Below are positions 8,982-16,258 of a stretch of 51,463 nucleotides of DNA, in pieces. Position numbers and translations under genes: made by a program. Location of the stretch: contig LBYP01000010.1 in assembly GCA_000996245.1 (NCBI GenBank), positions 1 through 51,463 of the forward strand. Reading direction: 5' to 3'. Origin of the DNA: Parcubacteria group bacterium GW2011_GWA2_40_23. GTDB lineage: Bacteria; Patescibacteriota; Patescibacteriia; UBA11705; JABHMO01. The notes beneath the pieces were generated by a model that searched no databases, was not told the origin of the DNA, and saw only the letters and a list, made by a program, of their open reading frames with translations. Numbering within the stretch: position 1 is the stretch's first letter; each line of letters starts with the position of its first letter.

Positions 8982-9743
8982 TTATAATATTTCGAGTAAT
9001 TCACGCGCTAATTTTTCGTAAGCCTTGGCTCCCTTAGAAGCCGGGTCATAATGTAAGATGGATTTCCCATGACTTGGAGCTTCTGTTAAACGAACATTAC
9101 GCGGAATAACTGTTCTAAAAATTTTATCTGGAAAATGTTTATACAATTCTTGCATAACTTGATCCGAAAGTCGCAAACGTTTATCGTGCATAGTAATAAG
9201 TGCGCCCAATATCGCCAATTCTGGTTTGATGTTTTCGCGAATCAAAGAAATGGTATTCATAAGTTGACCTAAACCTTCTAAAGCATAATACTCAGCTTGG
9301 ACAGGAATTAAAACCATGTCACCAGCTACAAGCCCATTAACAGTTAAAAGCCCAAGTGAAGGTGGACAATCAATTAAAATAACATCATAATCACCACGGA
9401 CTTCTAATAAGGCGTCTGCTAAACGGAACTCACGACGATCAACTCCAACAAGTTCAACAGAAGCGCCGGCTAAACTAGGCGTGGCTGGAGCAATTCTAAA
9501 GCCAACATGACCAGTGGGTTGTAAAACTTCTCGAACCAAGCACGATCCACAGATAGCCTCATAAATGCCTTTGGGTAAATTTTGATAATCAATACCCAAA
9601 CCAGAACTGGCATTGGCTTGAGGGTCTAAATCAACCAATAAAACATATTTGCCTAGATGCGCTAAGTAGGCCGCCAGGTTAACTGCGGTCGTTGTTTTGC
9701 CTACTCCACCCTTCTGATTAACAACTGTAATGACTTTCGCCAT
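8982..9743 (-). CDS. parA: Chromosome partitioning ATPase ParA/Soj
   Basis: Deviant Walker A: NQKGGVGKTTTAVNLAAYLA. DLDPQ motif. Immediately upstream of parB. Confidence 0.9.
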   Translation of the reverse strand: MAKVITVVNQKGGVGKTTTAVNLAAYLAHLGKYVLLVDLDPQANASSGLGIDYQNLPKGIYEAICGSCLVREVLQPTGHVGFRIAPATPSLAGASVELVGVDRREFRLADALLEVRGDYDVILIDCPPSLGLLTVNGLVAGDMVLIPVQAEYYALEGLGQLMNTISLIRENIKPELAILGALITMHDKRLRLSDQVMQELYKHFPDKIFRTVIPRNVRLTEAPSHGKSILHYDPASKGAKAYEKLARELLEIL

Positions 9744-9786
9744 AAATTATAAATACTTAGTAAATTATACTATAATTCTAGAGCTT

Positions 9787-9815
9787 TGACAACTCAAAAT
9801 TATTGCATTATAATT
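9787..9815 (+). promoter_or_regulatory. Consensus sigma70 promoter about 170 nt upstream of tRNA-Leu
   Basis: TTGACA (9787-9792), 17-nt spacer, TATAAT (9810-9815). Confidence 0.65.
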
Positions 9816-9987
9816 GGGCATAGCTTGTAATTTTATTATAAAAGACAATCTACTCTAATCTTTTGTTGAGTCTGGGCTTACCCCCGTGGCATTGCGCCAC
9901 AGGGCAAGCCAGAACTCAAGCGTAGCTTGTACTTCAACTTCGTTCGACACTGGGCTTGCCCAGAAGTCAGACGGAGTCTGTACTTCT

Positions 9988-10072
9988 GGGCGGGTGGCGA
10001 AATTGGTAGACGCGCACGACTCAAAATCGTGTGGGGTAACTCATGAGAGTTCGATTCTCTCCCCGCCCACCA
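9988..10072 (+). tRNA. tRNA-Leu (anticodon CAA), long variable arm, CCA encoded
   Basis: Acceptor GGGCGGG/CCCGCCC. D arm GGCGAAATTGGTAGACGC. Anticodon stem-loop CACGA-CTCAAAA-TCGTG. T arm GAGAG-TTCGATT-CTCTC. Discriminator A plus CCA. Confidence 0.9.
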
Positions 10073-10101
10073 TACAGTACACGCCTGGCGTGACTGTATG
10101 G
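10070..10101 (+). repeat. tRNA 3-prime hairpin repeat, copy 1 (starts on the CCA end)
   Basis: CCATACAGT-A-CACGC-CTG-GCGTG-ACTGTATGG, 14 bp of stem. Confidence 0.8.
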
Positions 10102-10171
10102 TGAACCATCCATTAGTAGTAGTGCACGATTCTCGTGGTTGTATGGTGCACCATCCATTGGCAAACGATTT

Positions 10172-10197
10172 AAAAGAGTTAAAACTCTTTTTTTGTT
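10172..10197 (+). terminator. Intrinsic terminator downstream of tRNA-Leu
   Basis: AAGAGTT-AA-AACTCTT followed by a T-run. Confidence 0.6.
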
Positions 10198-10207
10198 TTA
10201 TTCGTAA

Positions 10208-10245
10208 ATAAAAAATAGCGACCGCAGGAATGTTCCTTTGGTCGC
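10208..10245 (-). terminator. Intrinsic terminator of the GC-rich minus-strand gene
   Basis: On the minus strand: GCGACC-N16-GGTCGC followed by TATTTTTT, 9 nt after the TAA stop. Confidence 0.65.
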
Positions 10246-10253
10246 AAGAGGGC

Positions 10254-11126
10254 TTAGGACTGACGTACGGGCTTGAAGTTGTCGAGGATGCTCGCACGCG
10301 CCCAGAGACGGATGTACTTTTCGGTCTTCTCGGACCGGATGGACTGCTTGAGCAAGTTCTGTGCCACGACCAGCTCCGGGAAGATCATATGATCCAAATC
10401 AAGCCGCAAGAAGCGGTAGAGATCCGGTCCGACCTTGAAGGAGGTCCTCTGGACCAAAAGCTTCTCCGTCAGCTCGAAGAGCATCTGAACTGCGGGATCC
10501 GTGTTCGCGGGATCAGGACGCACACGCGCCTTGAAGATGTCGATCTGCTCGAGGGCGTGCATCGCCAGTTCGTGATCTACGATCGTGATCGTGTTCACGC
10601 GCGCCATCACTCGACGCCGTCCATCGGTACTGGTGAAAGTCACCTGCGTACGCAAACGACCCTTGGCATCGAACAAATGCGGGAAAACGTGCGCCGTAAC
10701 GTAATTTTCACGCGCACCACTGGCTTGCACCAACGCTGCATTCAACGCGAAAACCTGGTTCACGATCTCGTCGTTCAAAGCACAGCGCGCCTTCTCGGCG
10801 TCCATGACACGATCGAGCTCGCTCTTCAGGGCATCGCGATTCCGCTGTTCCTCGGCCAGCTGTTCACGCAGTTCATCACGACGACGCGTCAGCTCCGGAT
10901 CCTTCTCATCGAAGGTGTCGATGACAGCATGAAGCTCTTTCTCTCGCTTGGTACCGTGCCGAGTAAGGTGACGCAGATCATGCACTGCCTTCTTGTACCG
11001 CCGGTGCCACGTTGTCCAAGAACCACGCGCTTGGGCTTCGAGCTTCTTCAGCTGCTCGAGCTTCTTGTCCAGTACCGCCAGACCTTCTTGCAGCGTTCCG
11101 ATCACGGTTTTCTTGCCTTGTCCCAT
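10254..11126 (-). CDS. GC-rich hypothetical cytoplasmic protein with an N-terminal coiled coil (single-gene island between tRNA genes)
   Basis: Start chosen at MGQGKK (ATG 11126), preceded by GGAGG with a 7-nt spacer. Balanced composition, own promoter and terminator. The C-terminal LLKQSIRSEKTEKYIRLWAR region loosely recalls Mu-like phage DUF3164 proteins; this is unverified recall. Confidence 0.6.
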   Translation of the reverse strand: MGQGKKTVIGTLQEGLAVLDKKLEQLKKLEAQARGSWTTWHRRYKKAVHDLRHLTRHGTKREKELHAVIDTFDEKDPELTRRRDELREQLAEEQRNRDALKSELDRVMDAEKARCALNDEIVNQVFALNAALVQASGARENYVTAHVFPHLFDAKGRLRTQVTFTSTDGRRRVMARVNTITIVDHELAMHALEQIDIFKARVRPDPANTDPAVQMLFELTEKLLVQRTSFKVGPDLYRFLRLDLDHMIFPELVVAQNLLKQSIRSEKTEKYIRLWARASILDNFKPVRQS

Positions 11127-11170
11127 GAGTAACCTCCATAACTCTACAGTGGAACGCACTCGAACTAGCT

Positions 11171-11199
11171 AGATTAATTTAAATTTAGCTCCTTGTCAA
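11171..11199 (-). promoter_or_regulatory. Promoter of the GC-rich minus-strand gene
   Basis: On the minus strand: TTGACA (11199-11194), 17-nt spacer, TAATCT (11176-11171). Confidence 0.5.
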
Positions 11200-11208
11200 A
11201 CGAGGGGC

Positions 11209-11237
11209 TTGCAGAAACACTAAATTTACCCTATAAT
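11209..11237 (+). promoter_or_regulatory. Promoter of the tRNA(CAT) pair
   Basis: TTGCAG (11209-11214), 17-nt spacer, TATAAT (11232-11237), 29 nt upstream of the first tRNA. Confidence 0.6.
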
Positions 11238-11265
11238 GTGGTCACAACTTAATTATAGTCATTGT

Positions 11266-11341
11266 CGCGGGATAGAGCAGTTGGCAGCTCGCCAGGCCCA
11301 TAACCTGGAGGCCGCAGGTTCGAGTCCTGCTCCCGCTACCA
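11266..11341 (+). tRNA. tRNA-Met (anticodon CAT), possibly the initiator (position 1:72 is C.T unpaired), CCA encoded
   Basis: CGCGGGA acceptor start. Anticodon stem-loop CCAGG-CCCATAA-CCTGG. T arm GCAGG-TTCGAGT-CCTGC. Ends ..TCCCGCT-A-CCA. 76 nt. Confidence 0.8.
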
Positions 11342-11405
11342 AAATCAAGTTCTTATATATTCTATTTTCCCCAATTCTAAATTCTCTCTTCTTAATTCTT
11401 ACTAT

Positions 11406-11482
11406 ACCAGGGTAGCTCAGTCGGTTAGAGCGAGGGAATCATAACCCCTAGGCCGGCGGTTCGATCCCGCCCCCTGGTACCA
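11406..11482 (+). tRNA. tRNA with anticodon CAT (elongator Met or lysidine-modified Ile2), CCA encoded
   Basis: Acceptor ACCAGGG/CCCTGGT. D arm GCTCAGTCGGTTAGAGC. Anticodon loop ATCATAA. T arm GGCGG-TTCGATC-CCGCC. 77 nt. Confidence 0.75.
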
Positions 11483-11511
11483 TAAAGTACACGCTACGCG
11501 TGACTTTATGG
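11480..11511 (+). repeat. tRNA 3-prime hairpin repeat, copy 2 (starts on the CCA end)
   Basis: CCATAAAGT-A-CACGC-TAC-GCGTG-ACTTTATGG. Differs from copy 1 by a compensatory C-G to A-T change. Confidence 0.8.
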
Positions 11512-11530
11512 TAAACCACATAATCTAGTT

Positions 11531-11559
11531 TAAAGTACACGCTATGCGTGACTTTATGG
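11531..11559 (+). repeat. tRNA 3-prime hairpin repeat, copy 3 (not attached to a tRNA)
   Basis: TAAAGT-A-CACGC-TAT-GCGTG-ACTTTATGG. Confidence 0.7.
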
Positions 11560-11596
11560 CAAGCCATTCATTGATTGTGGTAAACCACAATTTACT

Positions 11597-12550
11597 ATGA
11601 GATTCATTTTCGACTTCATTATAATTTTAATTCTTCTTCTGTGCGCTTATTGGATGTATGTTATTATACGTTCTTTTTTAAATAAAAAAAATAAAAAAGT
11701 TAAAACAAAATTGTGGCGCGTTCTTATTCTGATAGTCCTGATAATAATCTTTGCTTCTGTGTTTTTTGGTAGTTTTATTGAACCACAACTAATTCACATA
11801 AAAACAACTTCAATCAATCTAAACAAAACGCCAGAAACTGAAAACATTAAAATAATTTTTATAACTGATCTCCACGTTGGTCCATACAAACAAGACGCTT
11901 ACCTAGAAAAAATTGTTAAAAAAACAATCACCGAAAAACCTGATTTAATTTTACTGGGAGGCGATTTCCTTTCTAACAAAGAACAAGAAGCACAATATTT
12001 AGCTCCTCTGCAAAAATTAGCAGAGAACTTCCCTGTTTTTGCTGTAACTGGCAATCACGAATTTAACACCGGTAAGTATGGAGATAAAAACCTAGTCGAC
12101 AGAACAAAATTACTAAGACAGCTTTTTGCTGATTGGGAAATACAGATTTTGGATAATCAAATGATCCCCTTAACTATTCAAAACCAGGAAATCGATCTAT
12201 ATGGTGTTGAAGATCTATGGACCGGACGAGCCGATTTAAAAGAATTAATTGACTATGTGACTCCCAATAGACCAAACATACTACTATCCCACAATCCAGA
12301 CATTATTTTAGATCCACTACATGCTCAATTTGATTTGATTGTCTCCGGCCATACCCACGCGGGACAAATACGATTGCCATACATTGGATCTCTACTCGGT
12401 GTTCCAACTGCCCTGGGGCGGAAATATGATCATGGGTTATTCAAGTTTGATAATAATTATCTGTATATCTCGGCTGGCCTTGGTGAATCTGGCGTACGCG
12501 CACGCTTCTTTAATCCGCCGGAACTTTCGATTATTAATTTGGATTTATAA
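11597..12550 (+). CDS. Membrane-anchored metallophosphoesterase (calcineurin-like)
   Basis: N-terminal TM helices. Motifs DLHVGP, GGDF, GNHE and GHTHAGQ. Confidence 0.8.
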   Translation: MRFIFDFIIILILLLCAYWMYVIIRSFLNKKNKKVKTKLWRVLILIVLIIIFASVFFGSFIEPQLIHIKTTSINLNKTPETENIKIIFITDLHVGPYKQDAYLEKIVKKTITEKPDLILLGGDFLSNKEQEAQYLAPLQKLAENFPVFAVTGNHEFNTGKYGDKNLVDRTKLLRQLFADWEIQILDNQMIPLTIQNQEIDLYGVEDLWTGRADLKELIDYVTPNRPNILLSHNPDIILDPLHAQFDLIVSGHTHAGQIRLPYIGSLLGVPTALGRKYDHGLFKFDNNYLYISAGLGESGVRARFFNPPELSIINLDL

Positions 12551-12637
12551 AAAAATGTACGGACGGACCGAATGGCCCGTAGGGAACAAAAATTTTTGTT
12601 CCCTACAACGCGGACGCGTTGCAACGTACATTTTTTT
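12549..12637. terminator. 89-nt four-way-junction palindromic element, copy 1; probable bidirectional terminator between convergent genes
   Basis: Closing stem AAAAAAATGTACG/CGTACATTTTTTT encloses three hairpins: ACGGACC-GAAT-GGCCCGT, AGGGAACAAAAATTTTTGTTCCCT and CAACGCG-GA-CGCGTTG. Both flanking stop codons lie in the A/T runs. Confidence 0.7.
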
Positions 12638-13778
12638 ATTTGATCAACGTCTGGAATTTTTTAATTGTTATTTCCCAAGTAAATTGACGTGCCCGCTGTT
12701 CGCCCCGCAAAATCAGTCTCTGACGAACAAGCTTATCTTCTAAAACAGTTTTTATGGCATGACGAATATCATTTATATCTTCAGAATCAACAAGCAAGGC
12801 TTCACCATCGCTAGCGATTTCTTTAAGCGATGAATTATTTCCTGCGATAACAGGAACCTTTAGCGCCATCGCCTCTAGCATCGGGAAGCCAAACCCCTCG
12901 TAACGCGAAGGGAAAACAAAGGCTTGAGCATTTTTAAGCAATATATTTCTTTCTCGATTACTAACTTTGCCTATATATTTAACTTGAGCTTTTGGAAAAC
13001 GATGGTTAATGTTAGTTAAATATTGAAAAATAGGTTGGAATTTCCAGCCACGGTTCCCGGCCAAAATTAAATTGATATTACTTTCTTCATTCTCAAATAG
13101 AAAATTTGTAAAAGCTTTAATTAAGTTAAGAATATTTTTGCGCGGTTCTATTGTTCCCAAGTAAAGAACATAATCATTGTGAATATCAAATTTTTCTAAG
13201 ACTTTTTTATTTTCCTCCACAATATAGTTATCCTTAATAATAACTCCAGGATAAATCACTCTAATTTTATCTGAATTTACTTTAAATAGACTAAGAATGT
13301 CGTCACGTGTACTTTGTGAAACAGTCACGATTATTTTGGCTTTGCGTAAACTTAGCGGCACTAAAATTTTAGTCGAAAACCACTGACGGTCTGGAAACCA
13401 TTCCGGATGTAAGTAGATGGCAAGATCATGAACAATCAGAATAGACTTTTTGCGATAGAACAAAGGAATTATATTGGCTGGAAATATTGTTAAGTCTAGC
13501 TTTTCTTTTTTTAGGGAACGAGAAAATCGGAAATGATTATCGTAAAGTGGAATTTTTGATTCATGACGAAATAATTTAACGATACGAACACGATCATTGC
13601 TGCCGCGGACCTTATGAATCGTTTCCGGGCTAATATCACTATGAAAAAAAAGGACAAAGTCATTATGCTCGTCCATAGCTAGAAGATTTTTTACAAAATG
13701 ATAAACGTAACGTTCTACTCCAGCGCCGCGGTTGGCATGAACATCGTAAAAATTTCGACAATCAATGCCGATACGCAT
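12636..13778 (-). CDS. Glycosyltransferase, GT4/GT1 family
   Basis: Start at MRIGIDCRNF (13778) avoids overlap with the upstream gene. C-terminal EGFGFPMLEAMALKVPVIAG motif. Confidence 0.8.
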   Translation of the reverse strand: MRIGIDCRNFYDVHANRGAGVERYVYHFVKNLLAMDEHNDFVLFFHSDISPETIHKVRGSNDRVRIVKLFRHESKIPLYDNHFRFSRSLKKEKLDLTIFPANIIPLFYRKKSILIVHDLAIYLHPEWFPDRQWFSTKILVPLSLRKAKIIVTVSQSTRDDILSLFKVNSDKIRVIYPGVIIKDNYIVEENKKVLEKFDIHNDYVLYLGTIEPRKNILNLIKAFTNFLFENEESNINLILAGNRGWKFQPIFQYLTNINHRFPKAQVKYIGKVSNRERNILLKNAQAFVFPSRYEGFGFPMLEAMALKVPVIAGNNSSLKEIASDGEALLVDSEDINDIRHAIKTVLEDKLVRQRLILRGEQRARQFTWEITIKKFQTLIK

Positions 13779-13782
13779 ATGT

Positions 13783-14682
13783 TTATTCCCAAGAATAATT
13801 ATTGAAGACCCAATCGGCAATTACTTTCACATCTTGAAAGCGATTTTCGATGTTGTTGCTATTCAATACTGTAATTATCACCGAATGTTTTTCCTTCTCG
13901 ATTTCGACCGTCAAGCAATATCCAGCCTCTGGTATATAACCGGTTTTACCACCGACAAGCTGATAACCATATTGTTTGCGATTCAAAAAACTATCTAAAA
14001 GAATATCAGTACTAGTGACAGTACGAGTCTTTGAGTTGTTGAGAACTTTAAAAGTATATTTATTTTTCGTAACTGTTGATTGAATTTTAGCTTGATTCAA
14101 GGCTGTATACAAAAGACGAGAAATGTCGAGTGCAGTTGATTGATTTTCGACTGACAAACCTGTTGGATCAGAAAAACTGGTGTTATACATTTGCAACTCT
14201 TTGGCTTTAATATTCATTTTAGTCACAAATTCTTCTTGAGAAAATCCTAACGCTCGAATCATGGCCATAATGGAATTATTATCTGAGCTGATTAAAGCTG
14301 CATTCCACAAATCCTCGAAGCTAACCTCTTCGCCACGATAAATATGAGCAAAGGCTCCATAAGTTTCATCAACCCGGTTCATCTCTACTGTCTTGTCCCA
14401 ATCTTTTACATTATCTAAAACAACTAACGCAGTCATGAGTTTTGTGATACTAGCAATAGGTTGAACAGAATCTACATTTTTCTGAATTAAAATTTTACCA
14501 CTAATAACATCAATAGCCACATATTTTTCAGCAGTGGCTTCGAGCCCCACGTTCTCAGGGTTGATCCTACTTGGAGCTGATACGCTCGAAACTTGAGCGA
14601 CATTAAAAAAATCACGATCAGTAGGATAGGCGCTACTGAACGGATTTAAAAATAATAAAACTAATAATAAATTTGTTAACAT
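13783..14682 (-). CDS. D-alanyl-D-alanine carboxypeptidase (S11 penicillin-binding protein)
   Basis: Signal peptide. SITK (SxxK), SDN and KTG motifs in the correct order. Confidence 0.8.
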   Translation of the reverse strand: MLTNLLLVLLFLNPFSSAYPTDRDFFNVAQVSSVSAPSRINPENVGLEATAEKYVAIDVISGKILIQKNVDSVQPIASITKLMTALVVLDNVKDWDKTVEMNRVDETYGAFAHIYRGEEVSFEDLWNAALISSDNNSIMAMIRALGFSQEEFVTKMNIKAKELQMYNTSFSDPTGLSVENQSTALDISRLLYTALNQAKIQSTVTKNKYTFKVLNNSKTRTVTSTDILLDSFLNRKQYGYQLVGGKTGYIPEAGYCLTVEIEKEKHSVIITVLNSNNIENRFQDVKVIADWVFNNYSWE

Positions 14683-14684
14683 TT

Positions 14685-15233
14685 CTAATTTTGAGCCAAA
14701 TATGTTTCTAAATTTACAGCTTGATGCAAACGTTCATAGTCTGGCAGTTCTTTGACGCTCGTAATCCCTAAATACTTCAAGAAATCTGTCGTGGCTTCGT
14801 AGACTGTACGCATCTTATCCTTTTCTTCAATGACATTTATTAAACCACGTATTAAAAGATTTCTGATAATTAAACTGCAATTAACACCACGAATTTGTTC
14901 CAGTTCAGCTTTTGTAATTGGACCGCGATAAGCAATAACCGTCAACGCTTCAAGTGAAGCTGGAGTTAATTCCCCTGTCATATCTTCCTTTAAAAATTGC
15001 TTAACAAGTCCACTCGCCTCGGCATTACTAACGAATTGAACAGAGTCACCAGCTTGGATTAACTGCAAACCGCTTTCAGGATTATTATATTTTGATTTTA
15101 ATTCTTCGATAACTGCAGTAACTTCTTCGAGCGTTGTTTTTTCACTTTGTTTTTTTAAAAAATTAACCAGACTCCCAATAGTCATGGGCTTAGGCGAGAC
15201 AAAAAGCAAACTTTCTATTTTTGTTTTAAGCAT
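14685..15233 (-). CDS. scpB: Segregation and condensation protein B
   Basis: 182 aa. IESLLFVSPKPMT start and tandem winged-helix pattern. Directly downstream of scpA. Confidence 0.85.
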   Translation of the reverse strand: MLKTKIESLLFVSPKPMTIGSLVNFLKKQSEKTTLEEVTAVIEELKSKYNNPESGLQLIQAGDSVQFVSNAEASGLVKQFLKEDMTGELTPASLEALTVIAYRGPITKAELEQIRGVNCSLIIRNLLIRGLINVIEEKDKMRTVYEATTDFLKYLGITSVKELPDYERLHQAVNLETYLAQN

Positions 15234-15235
15234 AT

Positions 15236-15928
15236 CTATATTTTTTCGATTAATATATCGTTGAAAGATCCATGTTGCTTGACTGTCAGGTGTCGTTGTT
15301 TCAAAAGTTCCAAAATAGCTAAAAAATTTATGATGATTTCTGTTCGATTCTGAGCGTTACCGATCAAGTTATGGAACTTTATATTTTTTTGATTTGAAAA
15401 AATTTCTTTAAGCTCCAATATTTTTTGTTGAAGACTAATTGTTTTCTCCACCATTTGTCGTGGCAACTTAACAAGTGGATCTAAGCGCTTTAAAACAACC
15501 AAAAAACAATCTTTGAGTGATTCAACATTAATATTTGGTGGTGGCGAAAATTCAATTTCTGTTTTAGCTGGCGGTCGTGTGCGAGAAAAAGAGAATCTTC
15601 CCTGTTTAATCATCTCGTCAATCTTTTTTGAGGCTTCAATAAACTCTTTATAAAGTTTCAACTGCGTTTCCAAACTTTCTTCCTCAACTTCTGTCTCTAG
15701 ATATGGCAGTAATGCTCGCGACTTGAGCAATAACAATCGTCCCGCGATGACCAAAAAGTCAGCTAATTCCTCCGGTTCTATTTCAACTAACTTTTCCAAG
15801 TATTCGATGTACTGTTCTGTCACCTGCGCCAAAGAAATCTCAGTAATATTCAGATCTTCTTTTTCGATAAGTTGGAGCAACAGATCTAACGGTCCATTAA
15901 ATTTTTCTGATGTTACTTTGTATGCCAT
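15236..15928 (-). CDS. scpA: Segregation and condensation protein A
   Basis: 230 aa. FNGPLDLLLQLIEKEDLNITEISLAQVTEQYIEYL signature. Confidence 0.85.
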   Translation of the reverse strand: MAYKVTSEKFNGPLDLLLQLIEKEDLNITEISLAQVTEQYIEYLEKLVEIEPEELADFLVIAGRLLLLKSRALLPYLETEVEEESLETQLKLYKEFIEASKKIDEMIKQGRFSFSRTRPPAKTEIEFSPPPNINVESLKDCFLVVLKRLDPLVKLPRQMVEKTISLQQKILELKEIFSNQKNIKFHNLIGNAQNRTEIIINFLAILELLKQRHLTVKQHGSFNDILIEKI

Positions 15929-15929
15929 T

Positions 15930-16229
15930 TTATTTTTTGAGTGGGAGCACTAGTTGTTCCCCTAATAATTTTTTTGTTTTTTTCAAACCGACTTCAGTCA
16001 ATTTAATTTCTGTAATAAACCATTTATGCGGTGTACGTAATCCGTAACCGACAAGAAGTTCGCGATCTATGAGGCTCTCGATACTTTGAGTAATTATTTT
16101 AGCGCGTAATTCTTTTTTTGATTTGGCCGTTAAATCATAAAAACCCAAAAGCACCTCTCTGTTCAGTCGATATCCTTTGGCATTAAAACAGGCCCGCAGG
16201 ATGTATTTTTGCAAATTGGAGAGCCTCAT
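15930..16229 (-). CDS. Small hypothetical protein, possibly winged-helix
   Basis: 99-aa ORF packed tightly between aspS and scpA on the same strand. No recognisable motif. Confidence 0.5.
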   Translation of the reverse strand: MRLSNLQKYILRACFNAKGYRLNREVLLGFYDLTAKSKKELRAKIITQSIESLIDRELLVGYGLRTPHKWFITEIKLTEVGLKKTKKLLGEQLVLPLKK

Positions 16230-16258
16230 AAATCTGATCGAATTATGAACGGCTATTT

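Noticed and set aside
9878-10297. 139-aa minus-strand ORF and 72-aa plus-strand ORF overlapping tRNA-Leu.
   Set aside because: They run straight through a well-formed tRNA gene and its hairpin repeats, and have no coding signals.
10230-11132. 300-aa plus-strand ORF opposite the 10254-11126 gene.
   Set aside because: It is the antisense shadow. The minus-strand frame has a GGAGG RBS, an upstream TTGACA-N17 promoter, a downstream hairpin plus T-run, and a balanced protein-like composition. The plus-strand product is Leu/Arg/His-rich with no signals.
12339-12743. ORFs crossing the palindromic four-way-junction elements (12339-12743 plus and 28798-28983 minus, both containing ..VGNKNFCSL..).
   Set aside because: The shared peptide is just the translation of the conserved palindrome AGGGAACAAAAATTTTTGTTCCCT. 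Both ORFs overlap real convergent genes.
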